Source: Octopus sinensis (taxonomy: Eukaryota). Taken from it: 64,000 nt of DNA. The stretch lies in assembly GCF_006345805.1 (NCBI RefSeq), contig NC_043014.1, forward strand, positions 8,494,001 to 8,558,000. Reading direction: 5' to 3'. Both the position numbers and the translations under genes were made by a program. The notes under the pieces are model-generated. The model was not told where the DNA came from and did not search any database. It worked only from the letters and a program-made list of their open reading frames with translations. Position 1 is the stretch's first letter; every line of letters starts with the position of its first letter. Positions 1 to 43,038 of this stretch are shown piece after piece.

Positions 1-81
1 TATTGCAAACCAAGTGGGTGGCACAGCCGGTGTACGAGGGGTATGTAGATCACAATTCTATCTATGTGTTTGTGTTTAGTA

Positions 82-986
82 TACAAGGTGATATCAAAAG
101 GTTCCCAGATTAGCTATGTTTAATAAAAAATAGTTTATTTACCTAAGTTTTAACATCTTTTTTTTCTAAATAGTCACCGGTCCCAACGTTCCTGCTACTT
201 TTAGAATCTGGCCTGGAAGTCATTTTCTGTAAGCAAGTTGAGAACCTTGTGTGATTCGCTCTAGATTTCAACAATGGTGTTAAAATGGCAACCTCTGAGC
301 TGCATTTTCATATTGAGGAAGAAATGGATGTCCACAGGGGCTAAATCTGACAAATAGGGTGGGTATGGAAGCGATACCATGTTGTTTTTGACAAGAAACT
401 CACGAGTGAGGAGAGCTTGGTGACAGGATGCATTGTCATTATGAAGAATCCAATTCTTCGCACCCCAGATCTGGTTGCTTTCACCAAACATCCTCCCTCA
501 GACACTTCAAAACTTTGCAGTAGAACTCTCGATTGACAGTCTGACCCTGGGGGACAAATTCTCAATGCACAGTACCTCATTTCTGTGGGTGCTGCTTGTG
601 GTAGACCTTCCAGATTGCTCATTGTCTTCCAGGGATGTTCTTCTGCTTTTGAAACTCTCGTGCCACTCAAAACATTGTGTACAACCCATTGCCTCATCAC
701 TGTAAGCTTACCAAAGCATGCTCAATATCTCTAGAGCAGATCTCCCAAGTTTAACGCAAAATTTCCTGTTGGCTCTTTGTTCCTGTCCATGACAAAATTG
801 CCGACTACAGCATACACATGATCACAAACACACAAATTTCACAACTTGTGAAGTAAAAACAGTGATATCACTTGGCACACTGCCTCATGAAGGTCATTGC
901 TAGCCCTCACTGTGCATGTGACTGTGTGCTGTGATCTGTTGGGGTACTACAGAACTAGTCATGGAACTTTTTGATACCACCTCGTA
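82..986 (-). mobile_element. Internally deleted mariner (Tc1/mariner) transposon relic
   Basis: TIRs TACAAGGTGATATCAAAAGGTTCC / GGAACTTTTTGATACCACCTCGTA with TA ends. Broken transposase: HNDNA..HQA, PYPPYLSDLAP, SLEDNEQSGR. Confidence 0.88.
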
Positions 987-1505
987 GGTGCACAAGTTTG
1001 CATGTTTTTTAAGTTTTATAAATAGGTGCAGTATTTATAGCCTTTGCAGTCCTGACTGGTGAGGGCCACACGGCTGATGTTCAACTTTAGCATTTACAAA
1101 GGGTTTTCAAAGTGACATGTAGTTTTAAAGCAGAAGGACTGGGAAAAAAACATTTCACTTTGGAATGTTGCTATTTGTATAAGATTGAGAGCTTGACAAT
1201 TGCTGATGCATACGTGAGTATGTCTGTGTGTTTGTTTGTGTGTATGGCAGAAACTAGCAGCCCTCTGTATCATAGGAGCACTCCCTGCACACACATATCA
1301 AAATCATTATAAACTTTCAGTTGTGATGGAATTATGGCTGTTACTACAAGTTACCATTTGTTGATAAATGTCTCCAAAACATAATACATCTTTACAGAGG
1401 GATCTGAGGTTTCCCCAATCCCAGTGTCTCTTGATGATTGGGAGCTAAGAAAGCATCAATTGATAAAAATTGGTTTTCTGCTCTACAAAATCTCAAATAC
1501 AGAGC

Positions 1506-1732
1506 TTAACCCTTTAGTATTTAAACCGGCCATATCCGGCCAAAGTATTTAATCTGTTTTATGTTCAAACTGACCAGATCCAGGCTCTCACACCTACCCT
1601 ACAATGCTATTCTACAATAAGTAATTGCACCATCAAGATCTTGAAGATATTAGGTAATGCATGATTAATTCAAATTAATGGGAATCAATAAGCATTATGT
1701 TTGATAGAATAATCTGAACACTAAAGGATTAA
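1506..1732. mobile_element. piggyBac-type MITE family F. Other copies: 28703-29157 with an internal insert, 60455-60683
   Basis: TTAA-CCCTTTAG...CTAAAGG(G/A)-TTAA termini. Confidence 0.75.
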
Positions 1733-1799
1733 CTACACTAGGCAAAAGTATTTCATGGCTGCTGTCAGGTTTAACTTACACAGCTTTTGTAAAGCATGA

Positions 1800-2300
1800 A
1801 GTTTAGACCTCATTATACTTGTTTCTATAGCAACATATGGATGCGAGACCTGGACACTAAAGAAAGCTGACCAGAAGAGAATCAATGCATTCGAGCTTTG
1901 GTGTTGGAGAAGACTTTTACGGATTCCATGGACAGCGAGGCTCACCAATGGAGAAGTTCTTAAGCAGATCAGGCCGAAAATGTCGCTAGAAGCTAGGATC
2001 ACCAAGCATAGATTGGCATATTTCGGTCATGTTCATCATCGTCATCATCATTTAGCGTCCGTTCTCCATGCTAGCATGTTATGCGGAGAAAATCCCTGGA
2101 GAAGGACATCATGCTCGGAATGGTCAGTGGCAAGAGAAGAAGAGGCCGACTAAGAACCCACTGGCTTGATACCATCAAGAGTGATACCGGAATGGACATA
2201 GCCAATCTGAAAGAAGCGGCCCAGGATAGAACCGACTGGAGGACACTGATCCAACAGGTAACCGAGAGTCGACTTCGACTGAGTGGATAGATAGATAGAT
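1800..2300 (+). mobile_element. 5'-truncated RTE-clade LINE 3' end with (GATA)n tail
   Basis: YGCETW...AFELWCWRRLLRIPW...YFGHV|MRRKSLEKDIMLG...WLDTIK; interrupted at 2034-2074. Confidence 0.88.
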
Positions 2301-2932
2301 AGATACCTGCTGAAGTAGACCATTAGCTCTGTACTTGCTGAAGAATTCTATACAATTATAGTAGGACTCTTTTTTTTTTTTTTTTGCCTTCCTGAATGTT
2401 ATGACATCGCAAGTGAGAGATGTCAACTGTTTTGACTTGTTTCTTGTTATTAGATTCTTTCAAATTACTGAATAAAATTTCTTTCTTTTGTTACATTTAT
2501 TACCCACTCATTGTTGTTTTTTTCTCTCTGAAAGGGTATTACTGGTAGATTACTGAGTACAACTAATATCAAGTTCCTAGCTTCTGAACATTCCGCGATT
2601 GTTCTTGTTGGCAAGAACAAAGGGTAAGTGTTTAATAAATGGTGTTGTCTGATTGTATTTTTCTGAGAATTAACCCTTTTGATACCAACCATCCTGAAAC
2701 CACTTCTGGCTCTGTAGTACAAATGTCTTGTTTTCAGAAGTTCTGAATTAAAATCTTCCTCCAAACCTTAGTCACAATTTATGTTCCTAACACTAGCTGA
2801 ATGATAACTAAGATATTTTACTAAATTCTTTGTTATATTTAAAATTAATTGAAAGAAGCACAGAATATTTCATCAGAAATTTAGTAACAAAAGGGTTAAA
2901 TAAAACTTGATTTTTTTTTAATAAATATTTAC

Positions 2933-3320
2933 AGGTGCAGGAGTGGCTGTGTGGTAAGTAGCTTGCTTACAAACCACATGGTTCCAGGTTCAGTCCTACT
3001 GTGTGGCACCTTGGGCAAATGTCTTCTACTATAGCCTCGGGCCAACCAAAGCCTTGTGATTGGATTTGATTGATGGAAACTGAAAGAAGCCCGTCATATA
3101 TTTATGTGTGTGTATATGTTTGTGTGTCTGTGTTTGTGCCCCCAACATCGCTTGACAACCGATGCTAGTATGTTTACGTCCCTGTAACTTAGCGGTTCGG
3201 CAAAAGAGACCAATAGAACAAGAACCAGGCTTACAAAGAATAAGTCCTGGGGTTGATTTGCTCGACCAAAGGTGGTGCTCCAGCATGGCCACAGTCACAT
3301 GACTGAAACAAGTAAAAGAA
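2933..3320 (+). mobile_element. tRNA-derived SINE family A. Other copies: 3597-4002 +, 12465-13030 - split, 13315-13792 +, 30424-30818 +, 30815-31120 -, 42960-43430 - split, 62881-63273 -
   Basis: Head AGGCGCAGGAGTGGCTGTGTGG (A box) and GGTTCAGTCCC (B box); CCTTGGGCAAG core-like block; internal microsatellite; AAAGAGT tail. Confidence 0.85.
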
Positions 3321-4249
3321 TATAATGCTATTAGGCTTCAGCTGAGTTTCAGATTTTCCAGGCTCAGGACCAAGTGAGAGATGTCAACTGTTTTGATTCG
3401 TTTCTTGTTATTAGATTGTTGTTTCAAATTATTGAATAAAATTTCTTCCCTTTGTTACATTTTGTACCCACTCATTGATTTTTTTATCTCTCTGAAAGGG
3501 TATTTAAAATTAATTGAAAGAAACACAGAACATCTCAACAGAAACATCTGTTTCATAGCTGTTATGAGTATCACCACTTTCAATTTTTTTTCACATAGGC
3601 GCAGGAGTGGCTGTATGGTAAGTAGCTTGCTAACCAACCACATGGTTTCGGGTTCAGTCCCATTGCGTGGCATCTTGGGCAAGTGTCTTCTGCTATAGCC
3701 CCGGGCCGACCAATGCCTTGTGAGTGGATTTGGTAGACAGAAACTGAAAGAAGCCTGTCGTATATATGTATATATATATATGTATGTGTGTTTGTGTGAG
3801 TGTGTTTGTCCCCTAGCATTGCTTGACAACCGATGCTGGTGTGTTTACGTCCCCGTTACCTAGCGGTTCGGCAAAAAGAGACCGATAGAATAAGTACTGG
3901 GCTTACAAAAAGAATAAGTCCCGGGGTTGAGTTGCTTGACTAAAGGTGGTGCTCCAGCATGGCCACAGTCAAATGACTGAAACAAGTAAAAGAGTAAAGA
4001 GTATATTGCTGTTGTTGATGTTAGTCCCCTGGTAAGCACTGATCCAACAGGACTATGGTCAAAGATATTCCAGCCATAACCATCCTGTATTTTCAAAGGT
4101 ACACTGCATCCAGTATTCCATAATCTAATTCAGTAGTTCCCAGTCTTGGACTGTTGACTCTTGTCTTTACATTCTGAGTTTAAATTCCACTGAGGTCAAC
4201 TTTGCCTTTCGTCTTTTTGAGGTTGATATAATCAACTAACCCCACCCAC

Positions 4250-4264
4250 CATAATTATTATTAA

Positions 4265-4333
<69 letters not shown>

Positions 4334-4355
4334 CATTATTATTATTATTATTAGT
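4250..4355. repeat. (ATT)n microsatellite; similar (AAT)n at about 10830-10998
   Basis: Seen directly. Confidence 0.97.
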
Positions 4356-4396
4356 GTTGTTGTCATCATTGTCTTTTTCCTAATTTTTAAAAACAG

Positions 4397-33275
<28,879 letters not shown>

Positions 33276-33276
33276 A

Positions 33277-33282
33277 AATAAA
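33277..33282 (+). terminator. AATAAA immediately after the NSF stop codon (possible proximal polyA signal)
   Basis: TAA-A-AATAAA followed by U-rich sequence. Confidence 0.35.
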
Positions 33283-34688
33283 AGAGGTACTTTACATAAT
33301 TATTTTTGTCACTACTTGTTTTCTTAGCCCCGTTTCTTAATTTATGTTCAATTTTGATGTACTGCATTATTATTATCAGTAATTTTTTTTTTTTAAAGAA
33401 AATATTTTGAGCTCTGTTTTATTTCATCTCAGTTTGTCTCATTGCCATCCCCGTTTGTGAGAACATTTTGTGCTTGGGCTTACGGAAAGGAGTTATAAGG
33501 GCGAAGTGGTGGAATCAATAGAGCTTTGAACAGCATACTGTCTGGTATTTTGTTGTGTCACTCTACATTTTGAGTTCAAATCCTGCCAGGGCCAACTTTG
33601 CCTTTAATCTTCCTAGAATAAATAAAATAAGTACCTAAGTACTAGATTTCATTTAATCAACTGTTCCCTCTATCCCAGAATGTTTGGCCTTATGCCTATA
33701 TTGAAGCTATTATCCTTATTAGTGTAATTTATTATCAGTTGCTGTTATTATTGAAGTGGTGTGGTGGCAGTATTTAGTTATGTCCTTATAGATCTTGAGA
33801 TCAAATCCCAGCTAGGTCGACTTTTCCTTTCATCCTTCTGGGGTTGATAAAATAAAGTACCAGTCAAGAACTGGGGGACAATTTAACTGACTACTACCCC
33901 ACCTTCCAGATTTCTGGCCCAGTGCCTATTTATTGTTATAGATGTTTTTGCTGTTATTATCTGTTACTATTATTAAGTTGGGGCTGTGGCAGTATTTGTT
34001 ACGTTCCTACAGATTTAGAGATCTAATCATACCAAGGTCAACTTTGCCTTTCACCCTTCCAGTGGTGGATTGTCGATAAAAATAAGTACCAGTGAAGAAC
34101 TGGGTTGATTTAATCAGCTGTTCCCTTCCTTATAATTTATGACCTTGTGCCTACATAATAAATGATTTATTGTTACTAATTTATATCATTATTTTTGTTG
34201 TGGGTGTTGTGGTGTGTTGGTATGTTACTCTGTAAACTATGTTTCACTCGTGCTGCTAATGTTGCTGGATAAACTCAAAAAGTTTTTGTACAGCAAAACA
34301 AGTCAAACCACTATGTTATAGTAAGATTTTTTTTCTCCCCTTTTTGTTTTAAAATAAACAGAAAGGAGATTTATGACAAAAAAGCAACCCCTAATTTTAA
34401 AAAAGCTACTCAAAAAGTAGCACACGTTATGTATATTTACCACGATATTTATTCAAATTTTTCAAAAAAAATCTTGACTCTTCTCAGTAAAGTAAAAATG
34501 ATAATAATAATAATAATAAATAAAACTAAAAAAAAAAAACATTTAGAAAATGTTCTATATTGTGTGATTTTGTGTCCATAAAGCTATAGTTGTCATCTAT
34601 TGTATGTAGAAGTTTGTTTATTTTTTACATTTACTCTCCATCAGTATTTCACACATTTCCACATGTATGTGCGTGTACAATATTAAGA

Positions 34689-34744
<56 letters not shown>

Positions 34745-35284
34745 ATTATTTGGTTGTTATTTTAAAGGAATTTTAAGAATAACAACAGACCATTTACTGA
34801 TGGATGTGGCAGACCCAATACTAAAAGTAGCATAAAATTTATTATGAAATTAATTTTAATTATGACTTCCAACTGACGACTCTTTCAGCTATGTTGATTT
34901 AGCTATCAGATGAAACTTGAAGTTACAATCAAAACTAAATTTATTATATATCTATATATATATATTATATATGTATTTACACATGTATGTATATATATAC
35001 AAGCACAAGGATGCACACATGTGTGTGCACATACAAACATGCACAAATTTGTTTGGAAGAGTGCTAAATTTGCATGCCAGCGTATGGTATGTAACTTGGG
35101 ACTCTGAGATTTTGAGTTCAAAACCATAGATGCCAACTTATCATTTCATTTTTGCAGAAGGTTATAAAATAAGTTACCAGCCATACCAGTAATAAATGGG
35201 TGTAAAGTCTGAAGACAGCATTAGTACTTATCAGTGCATTTGGTTTGTAAACAATAATAAAAGATGACTTTTTGGGGTTCACTT

Positions 35285-35467
35285 GTTACTAAGTTGTCAA
35301 ACATTGTGTGTGTGTACGTACACATACATATATATGCATGTGTGTTTATGTATACATATATATATTTGTGTGTGTATATATATATATATATGTGTGTATA
35401 TATATATATATATGTGTGTATATATATACATATATATATTTGTGTGTGTATATATATATATTGTGTG

Positions 35468-35563
<96 letters not shown>

Positions 35564-35904
35564 ATGTATATATATGTATGTATGTATATGTATATAATAT
35601 ATGTATGTATATGTATATATATATGTATGTATGTATATGTATATATATGTATGTATGTATATGTATATATATATGTATGTATGTATATGTATATATATGT
35701 ATGTATATGTTATATATATGTATATATGTATATATATATGTATGTATGTATGTATATATATATGTATGTATGTATATATATATATGTATGTTATGTATAT
35801 ATATATGTATGTATGTATATATATATATTATATATGTATGTATATGTATATATATATATGTATGTATGTATATGTATATATATATATGTATGTATATGTA
35901 TATA

Positions 35905-35945
<41 letters not shown>

Positions 35946-35965
35946 ATACATATACATGTATATAT

Positions 35966-35996
<31 letters not shown>

Positions 35997-36519
35997 CAGG
36001 GTTATTCAAAAAGAATGAACCAATTTCATTACCCAATATTTTTAATAAGGAAAAAACAATAGAAAACTCCATATCAAAAGCAAGTTCATTATGGAACTAA
36101 AGAATACATTTGCTTTGCTTGAGTCGATTCCAGAAGATATTGACATAGAAAAGGAAATGGAAAAAATTCGCTAAAGCATTCAACCAGACAGCCATAGAAG
36201 TACTCAGTGGATCATGATATGTTGATACACGTCTGGGTGGAATTCTCTTATCACATTGATGTTGCCCACGCTGCAGGTGATGGCCACATCGAATACTTGC
36301 AAGACAGGAAATAAAAGTTGATTGTGAGTAAATACTTGGGAATTAGCTGGAGTTTTCTGTTGCTTTTCCTTATTAAAATATTGCATAATTAAATTGGTTC
36401 ATTCTTTTTGAATAACCCTGTGTGTGTGTGTGTATATATATACATATACATATATATATATACACACACACACACACATGTATATATATACATATACATA
36501 TATTATTTATTACATACAT

Positions 36520-36562
<43 letters not shown>

Positions 36563-36761
36563 TACACACACAAACACATACATATATATAAATTTATATA
36601 TTTAAGACATTTATATATCTTTGTGTGTGTATATATATATGAAATTGCTAGGATGATCCGGTTCTTGACTGAAGATTGAAAGCTTCGAATGTCCCGTCCG
36701 TTTTTTGTATCGTCTTCTAAATGTTTTACGTTCTTGTCCCAGTTTGTATTTTTCTACATAT

Positions 36762-36837
<76 letters not shown>

Positions 36838-36850
36838 CACACACACAGTG
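35285..36850. repeat. Large compound (TA)/(TG)/(TATG) microsatellite array
   Basis: Seen directly; explains the YI/CV-rich pseudo-ORFs. Confidence 0.97.
35997..36420 (+). mobile_element. Tc1/mariner deletion derivative
   Basis: 30-bp TIRs CAGGGTTATTCAAAAAGAATGAACCAATTT. Internal C-terminal transposase remnant DMLIHVWVEFSYHIDVAHAAGDGHIEYL. Confidence 0.75.
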
Positions 36851-38499
36851 AGGGAGAGAGAAAGAGTATGTATGTATGTATGTTTGTGTATGCCTTAGTT
36901 TACCACTTCTCTGATCCTATTTCATCCAGTATTCCTGTATGCTTGAAAATCCATTCATGTTGCATTTTCCTCCTTGCTCTCTTAAGGAGAGTTCTCCCAG
37001 TTACATCATGATCCTCACCTTTCCCCCTTTCTGGAAACTTTCTACATAATTACCAAAATTCTTAAATACTCCTAAAGTATTTAACTGCTTTGAATTTCAA
37101 GACAAAAATTGGTAAAAACCCTTGTTTCTGATTTTTGCATATATAGTTTCTTTCCTTTTTGATGTATCAAAGAAATATCAATCTATTGTCCCGTATATTA
37201 TTTCATAAGAGTGTTGCCAGCCTCGCCTGGCCTCCGTGCCGGTGGCACGTAAAAAGCACCATCCGATCGTGGCCGTTTGCCAGCCTCGCCTGGCCTCCGT
37301 GCCGGTGGCACGTAAAAAGTACCATCCGATCGTGGCCGTTTGCCAGCCTTGTCTGCCACATAAAAAGCACCCACTACACTCATGGAATGGTTGGCATTAG
37401 GAAGGGCATCCAGCCGTAGAAACATTGGGCCTAGTACAGCCTTCTGGCTTCCCAGACCCCAGTTGCATCGTCCAACCCATGCCAGCATGGAAAGCGGACG
37501 CTAAATGATGAGTACAACTATACTGTTTCCTCTAATATAATTTATCTGTTATTTTCCACTGTTTTGTCACAGCCAAAAAGTAGGATTGTGGTGGCAAATT
37601 GGCCGAGTCATTTAGGGCTTTAAGTTATAGCCTTATGATATTCACTCTAGACCTCTAAACTCCAAGTTCAAATCCCATCCAGGCCAGCTTAGCCTTTCAT
37701 CCTTTTGGGGTTCATGAAATAAAGTACTAGACCTTTGCCTTGAAAATATTGAATACTGGGTGAGAGAGAGGTGATGATGGTGATGTGTTTGTGTGTTTGT
37801 ATGTATGTATGTGTTGTGATGGGAGATTTCATTCCTAAATTAAAGAATGTTTCGTGATTTTCAAGGGATACATTTGCTAAGAGAACTATATATATATTTT
37901 TTTTATGTTGCTCAGAAACATTCAAGCGAGAAAATTATGTGTGTGTGTGTATATGCATGTATATGTAAATATGTATCCATTTGTATGTGTGTATTCATAT
38001 TTATATCTGATTATATAGAGACATATAAATATATACATACACACACACACGATATAGTTCATAGAAGAGAATCAAATATTCTTCACATAGAATACACTTA
38101 GTAGTGCTCAAGGGGTTTAAACTTGAGCAGGCAGAGAAGTAAATGCAAGGATTAGGGAGTTAGGCAGATCGTTTCTATTCTGTGTGCAAGTCGGACCTTT
38201 TTGTATGTAACCATGTATACATTTTTTTGTATTTCATGTATTTGATATACTTTCTATATTGACCTGCCTAACTCGCTTATCCTTACATTTACTTCACACG
38301 TGAATATATGTATAATATAAATATATATACTTATGTGCAATATATATATGCATTTGTGTGTGAGTGTGTGTAAATGTGTGTGTATGTGTATGCATATATA
38401 TGCATATATATATATGTGTGTGTATATATATGCATGCATATATGTATGCATATATATGCATACACATGTGTGTGTGTCTATATATATATGCATATATAT

Positions 38500-38731
38500 A
38501 GGCGGCGAACTGGCAGAAACGTTAGTACGCCGGGCGAAATGCATAGCCGTATTTCGTCTGTCGTTACGTTCCGGGTTCAAATTCCGCCGAGGTCGACTTT
38601 GCCTTTCATCCTTTCTGGGTCGATAAATTAAGTACCAGTTACGCACTGGGGTCGATGTAATCGACTTAATCCCTTTGTCTGTCCTTGTTTGTCCCCTCTG
38701 TGTTTAGCCCCTTGTGGGTAGTAAAGAAATA
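38500..38731 (+). mobile_element. tRNA-like SINE family D. Other copies about 20979-21135 +, 24824-25035 -, 51143-51373 +, plus many decayed copies
   Basis: AGGCGGCGAGCTGGCAGAA head, GAGTTCAAATTCC B box, GGGGTCGAT repeats. Confidence 0.8.
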
Positions 38732-39958
38732 TATATATATATGCATATATATATATACATATGCATGCATGTGTGTGTGTGTATTTATATATATATATAT
38801 ATGTATGTACATGCACACATACACATGAATTTATATGTATACACACTTCCCCAACAAAATTAGCAAATATTAATTGGTCTAACAATTTTTGACAAAAGGA
38901 TATATTTATTATTGAGATATCAATGTTTATGCACTAATATAAATGTAAACACACACACACACACACAAGAATGTAAAGCCTTTGGCAGTAATATTTGTAT
39001 ATTTAAGCAAAATTTAAGTGTTTTTTTTGTTGATTATGGCATAACAAAACTTAATAGATTACCCTGAAATACAACCAATGAAACAGTAAAATTCTGCGTC
39101 GACTTCAGTCTTTTACAAATCACATGCAAAATGATTATAATAATAATAATAATAATAATAATAGTAAACATTCACATATAAAATAAAATATATAAATATA
39201 TAAAACTAAAAAAATGCAGCTATGAATTAAAGTGGGACTAAAATCTTCCCCTTGGAGTGATATGAAATAGTTGCTGAGTGTATAAGGATATTTGTAAAGC
39301 CTCAGTAAGTAAAATGAAATAACAAGTGAACAAAGAAAAGGTGTTGGAGAGTTGGATTGTACTGAAGAAGAGTTTTGTTACATATCTTACTATGCAAAAT
39401 GAAAGAACAAGCAAGAAATTTGAAAATATATTTGAAGGACATCAGCAATAATAAAAAAAAAATCTTCACAATGTTCTTCTTCAAATATTGGTTATTTAAA
39501 CATTCCACAAATAAATTTTCTTTTTTTTTTTTTTTTTAAATCACCATAAAAGAATGTGTTATGATATGGTGGCCACCTCTACTGATTGGTGGTTAGCTAT
39601 TACAATGAAAGTTTTTAGATGATCTCGTTAATGGGAAATCAAACTGTCAGGTGAAAGAATGTGTTTTGGTTCACACAGAATGACACACCACTCATGCTGT
39701 TAGATGTTCGTGGCCAGGCCAGGTATAGGTCTCTCTGATTTTGTTCCCTTAGATTAGTGATGGTAAATTTATGACATATGCTAGGTTTTTGGATATACAT
39801 GCAGTGAATTTTGAAAAAGAAAAAAAAGGAAAAGAAGGAAAATGAAAAAGAGCAACCAAAAAATTTCCTTGCACTATCATGTTATAAAAAAATTATCTCT
39901 AAGCATTTATCTAAAGCTAAAACATATTTATACTTGTGATAGTCCAGTGAGAGGATTA

Positions 39959-40187
39959 TTAACCCTTTCGTTACCAACCCGGCTGAAACCAGCTCTGGCT
40001 CTGAGTACAAATGTCTTGTTTTCATAAGTTTTGAATTAAAATCTTTCTCCAAACCTTAGTCACAATTTATGTTCCTAACACTAGCTGAATGATAACTAAG
40101 TTATTTTACTAAATTCTTTGTTATATTTAAAATTAATTTAGAGAAACACAGAGGATCTCAACAGAAATATGGTAACAAAAGGGTTAA
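39959..40187. mobile_element. piggyBac-type MITE family E. Other copies: 2670-2899, 40211-40421, about 61195-61398
   Basis: TTAA-CCCTTT...AAAGGG-TTAA termini; conserved body. Confidence 0.75.
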
Positions 40188-40599
40188 AATATATAATAGA
40201 AAAACAATTCTTAATCCTTTTGATACCAACCTGACTGAAACTGGCTCTGGCTCTGAGTACAAATGTCTTGTTTTCATAAGTTTTGAATTAAAATCTTTCA
40301 CCAAAACTTAGTCACAATTTATGTTCCTAACACTAGCTTAATGATAATGAAGTTATTTTACTAAATTCTTTGTTAAGAAACACAGAGCATCACAAAATAA
40401 ATACAGTAACGAAAGGGTTAAAGGCATAAAAACTTTGACGACACAGGTTTGACATCACAGGCTCGGATAGAAATAGATTCCATGTATAGGGATAACTTAT
40501 TGTTGCTAGAAGTGAAACGACTAAGTAATTAGTGATTGATTTATTAATTTAAAGGACTCAGTTCAAGTCCTCTACTTTTCAGCCTGTGATATGTAAAAG

Positions 40600-40845
40600 C
40601 AGTGTTTATGACTGTGTAACAGAAGTGTTCCATGTTTATATAATAAAAGCATCCATGACTATATAATTCAAGTGTTCATGGCTATATAATAGAAATGTTC
40701 AAAGCTATATAATATCAGTGTGCATGGCTCTGTGATACAAGTGTTTGTGACTATATAACAGAAGTGTTCATGGCTATATAATAAAATTTCTCATAGCTAT
40801 ATTTTAGAAGTATTGTTGGCTATATAACACAAGTGTTCATAATGC
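40600..40845 (+). repeat. Degenerate minisatellite, about 23-bp unit (GTGTTCATGGCTATATAACAGAA-like), about 10-11 copies
   Basis: Periodic recurrence read by eye. Confidence 0.7.
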
Positions 40846-42340
40846 AGCTCTGTTTTACCTAGAATGTTGAAACACAAAATAAAGTACACATAAGATGGAT
40901 GAACAAAATACATTAAGATATATCATCAACATGGTATTAAATCTCCACTCTACATCGGGCTTTTGTAAACCTTTTTTTGCAATGATTTATACCTAAATCT
41001 AAACCTTATCTACCCTTTGTTTATTTCCTAGGTACAGATTGTAGTGAAGGTGAAGGTCTAGGTTTTAAATGAGGCATAGTGGTAGAATGGTATTCAGAGA
41101 GAAAAGAGAGTAGTGAGTGAGAAGAAGGGACATTCAAGGCGTTCAATGCAACTGAAGTTTTTAGGTTGGTAACAGGTTTTTTTTTCTATGCAAAGACTAT
41201 GAAATTTTCAATTTTGATTTTTCCCAATCAGTGTGAGCAGAACAACATGATAATTATATGATGGATGGTGGTAGCAATTATTCTTGTAATGATTGTTATA
41301 ATTGTAGCATTCATTATATTAATAATGATTATATTAAATATAGTGGTGATTATAACTGCAGTTGTTATTATAGTGATTATAATAATAATAATAATATAAT
41401 AATAATAATTAATAACAGTCCTTTCCCTCCAGAACATGGTCTTCTGGAATTCTTTCTCCCTACCCATATTTTTGTTGCAACCATTGGCTTGCAAGTGTTC
41501 AAGAACTTTAACTACATCGATCTCACCAGTCTCAGAGGGCCCGTAAAGTCACAGTCCTTTCCTCCAGACCAATCAAATAAAACAGAATAAAAATAATAAT
41601 AATAATATTTGAAATGATGATACTGACAATGATAATATAAAGAGTCAAGTGAATATATAATGAAGATTCCAGAATTGACACACACACACACACACACACA
41701 ATCATACATAAGAATGTGATATACACAATCCCTAGCTATTAAACACTGCATATATTACTAATACGATGCAATAAAAAGGAGAAATTTTACTACATTCCAT
41801 GGAAAAAGAATGATTGCAGGAGGGGAAAAAAAAACCAACTAAATATTTTTTCTTTTAATCCTTTTGATGATAAATTGATAATTTTTTATACCAAAATTTT
41901 AAAATATATTATTTTTTACTATTTTTATTTTTATTTAAATTTGAATTTACTCTCGTTTTCTGTAATTAATGCCTCAAAAATGTTTCATCGTTCACACCAT
42001 GTCCAGTGTCTTGTTGTGGGTTTCTTTCATTTTTATAAAATAAATATAAAAAATATATATGTCAATTATGGTATTATATTTCTATTTTATTTTATTCTAT
42101 TTTTGTCCACTAAATGTGTTTTCAAAGTAGAATTATTTCATTTGATAATATTCTGGATACAGAATGACTGTCATTAATTGAAAATTATTTACAGTCAAAA
42201 GCTGGAATTTTTTCTTGTGTTTTTGTAGAAAAAGTATATTGATCTGCTGATCTTTTTACATTCACTTGACCTCTGTCCATATAGAAATATTTGAAAGCTT
42301 ATAACCTACTACAGCTGTGTATGTATGTGTGTATACATAC

Positions 42341-42388
<48 letters not shown>

Positions 42389-43002
42389 AAATTATAAATT
42401 AGGGTATCTACGAGATAGCACCATGCTGAAAATAGCAGCCATGATCTGACTTTAAAACCACCTAAATTGTCCATATATCAACACGGAGAGAAAACGTGGA
42501 CAATTTAGGTGGTTTTAAAGTCAGATCATGGCTGCTATTATCAGCATGGTGGTACCTCGTAGATACCCCAATTTATAATTTTAATAATTATTACCTTTGA
42601 AAGTTATTTTTTCCATACTGACCGCTTGATAAAATCGTTGTTTTATTTTTAAATTAACGATCTTATCCTTATTTATTTATATATATATATACTATTCTTT
42701 ATTAATGAGAGTAAAACAAAGCAGATATCTCCCATGGTGGTACCTAATATATAATACATAAAACAAATGTAGTGTTTTTATATGTTTATTCATCTAATTT
42801 CCTTACGCCCATTGTTGACTGAAGATCTTGTTGAATGTGACATGATTGAAACAGCTGTAGTGCTTTGATTTAAAAATATATTGGTGAGAAAATAAGAGCC
42901 CAAGGAGACTGGTGGTACCAGTAAAAATTATGCCGCGAAGTTTGTGGTAAGTAATTTGTATGCAATGCTAGGGGGACAAACACAGACACACAAACACACA
43001 CA

Positions 43003-43038
<36 letters not shown>

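Noticed and set aside
1395-1500. Possible extra NSF exon (open frame after TTTACAG)
   Set aside because: The translation has no NSF N-domain similarity and runs into a MITE.
34873-34924. CTGACGA...GAAACTT-G-AAGTT hammerhead-like core
   Set aside because: Stem III and the NUH triplet fit, but no stem I pairs and 10.1-11.1 is a mismatch; could be chance in AT-rich DNA.
36672-36710. CTGAAGA...TTCGAATGTCCCGTC
   Set aside because: GAAT instead of GAAA and no stem I or III.
35264-36850. Long ORFs (up to 278 aa) rich in Y/I/C/V/M
   Set aside because: Translations of TA/TG microsatellites; also applies to 21361-21819, 4232-4734 and 10750-11016.
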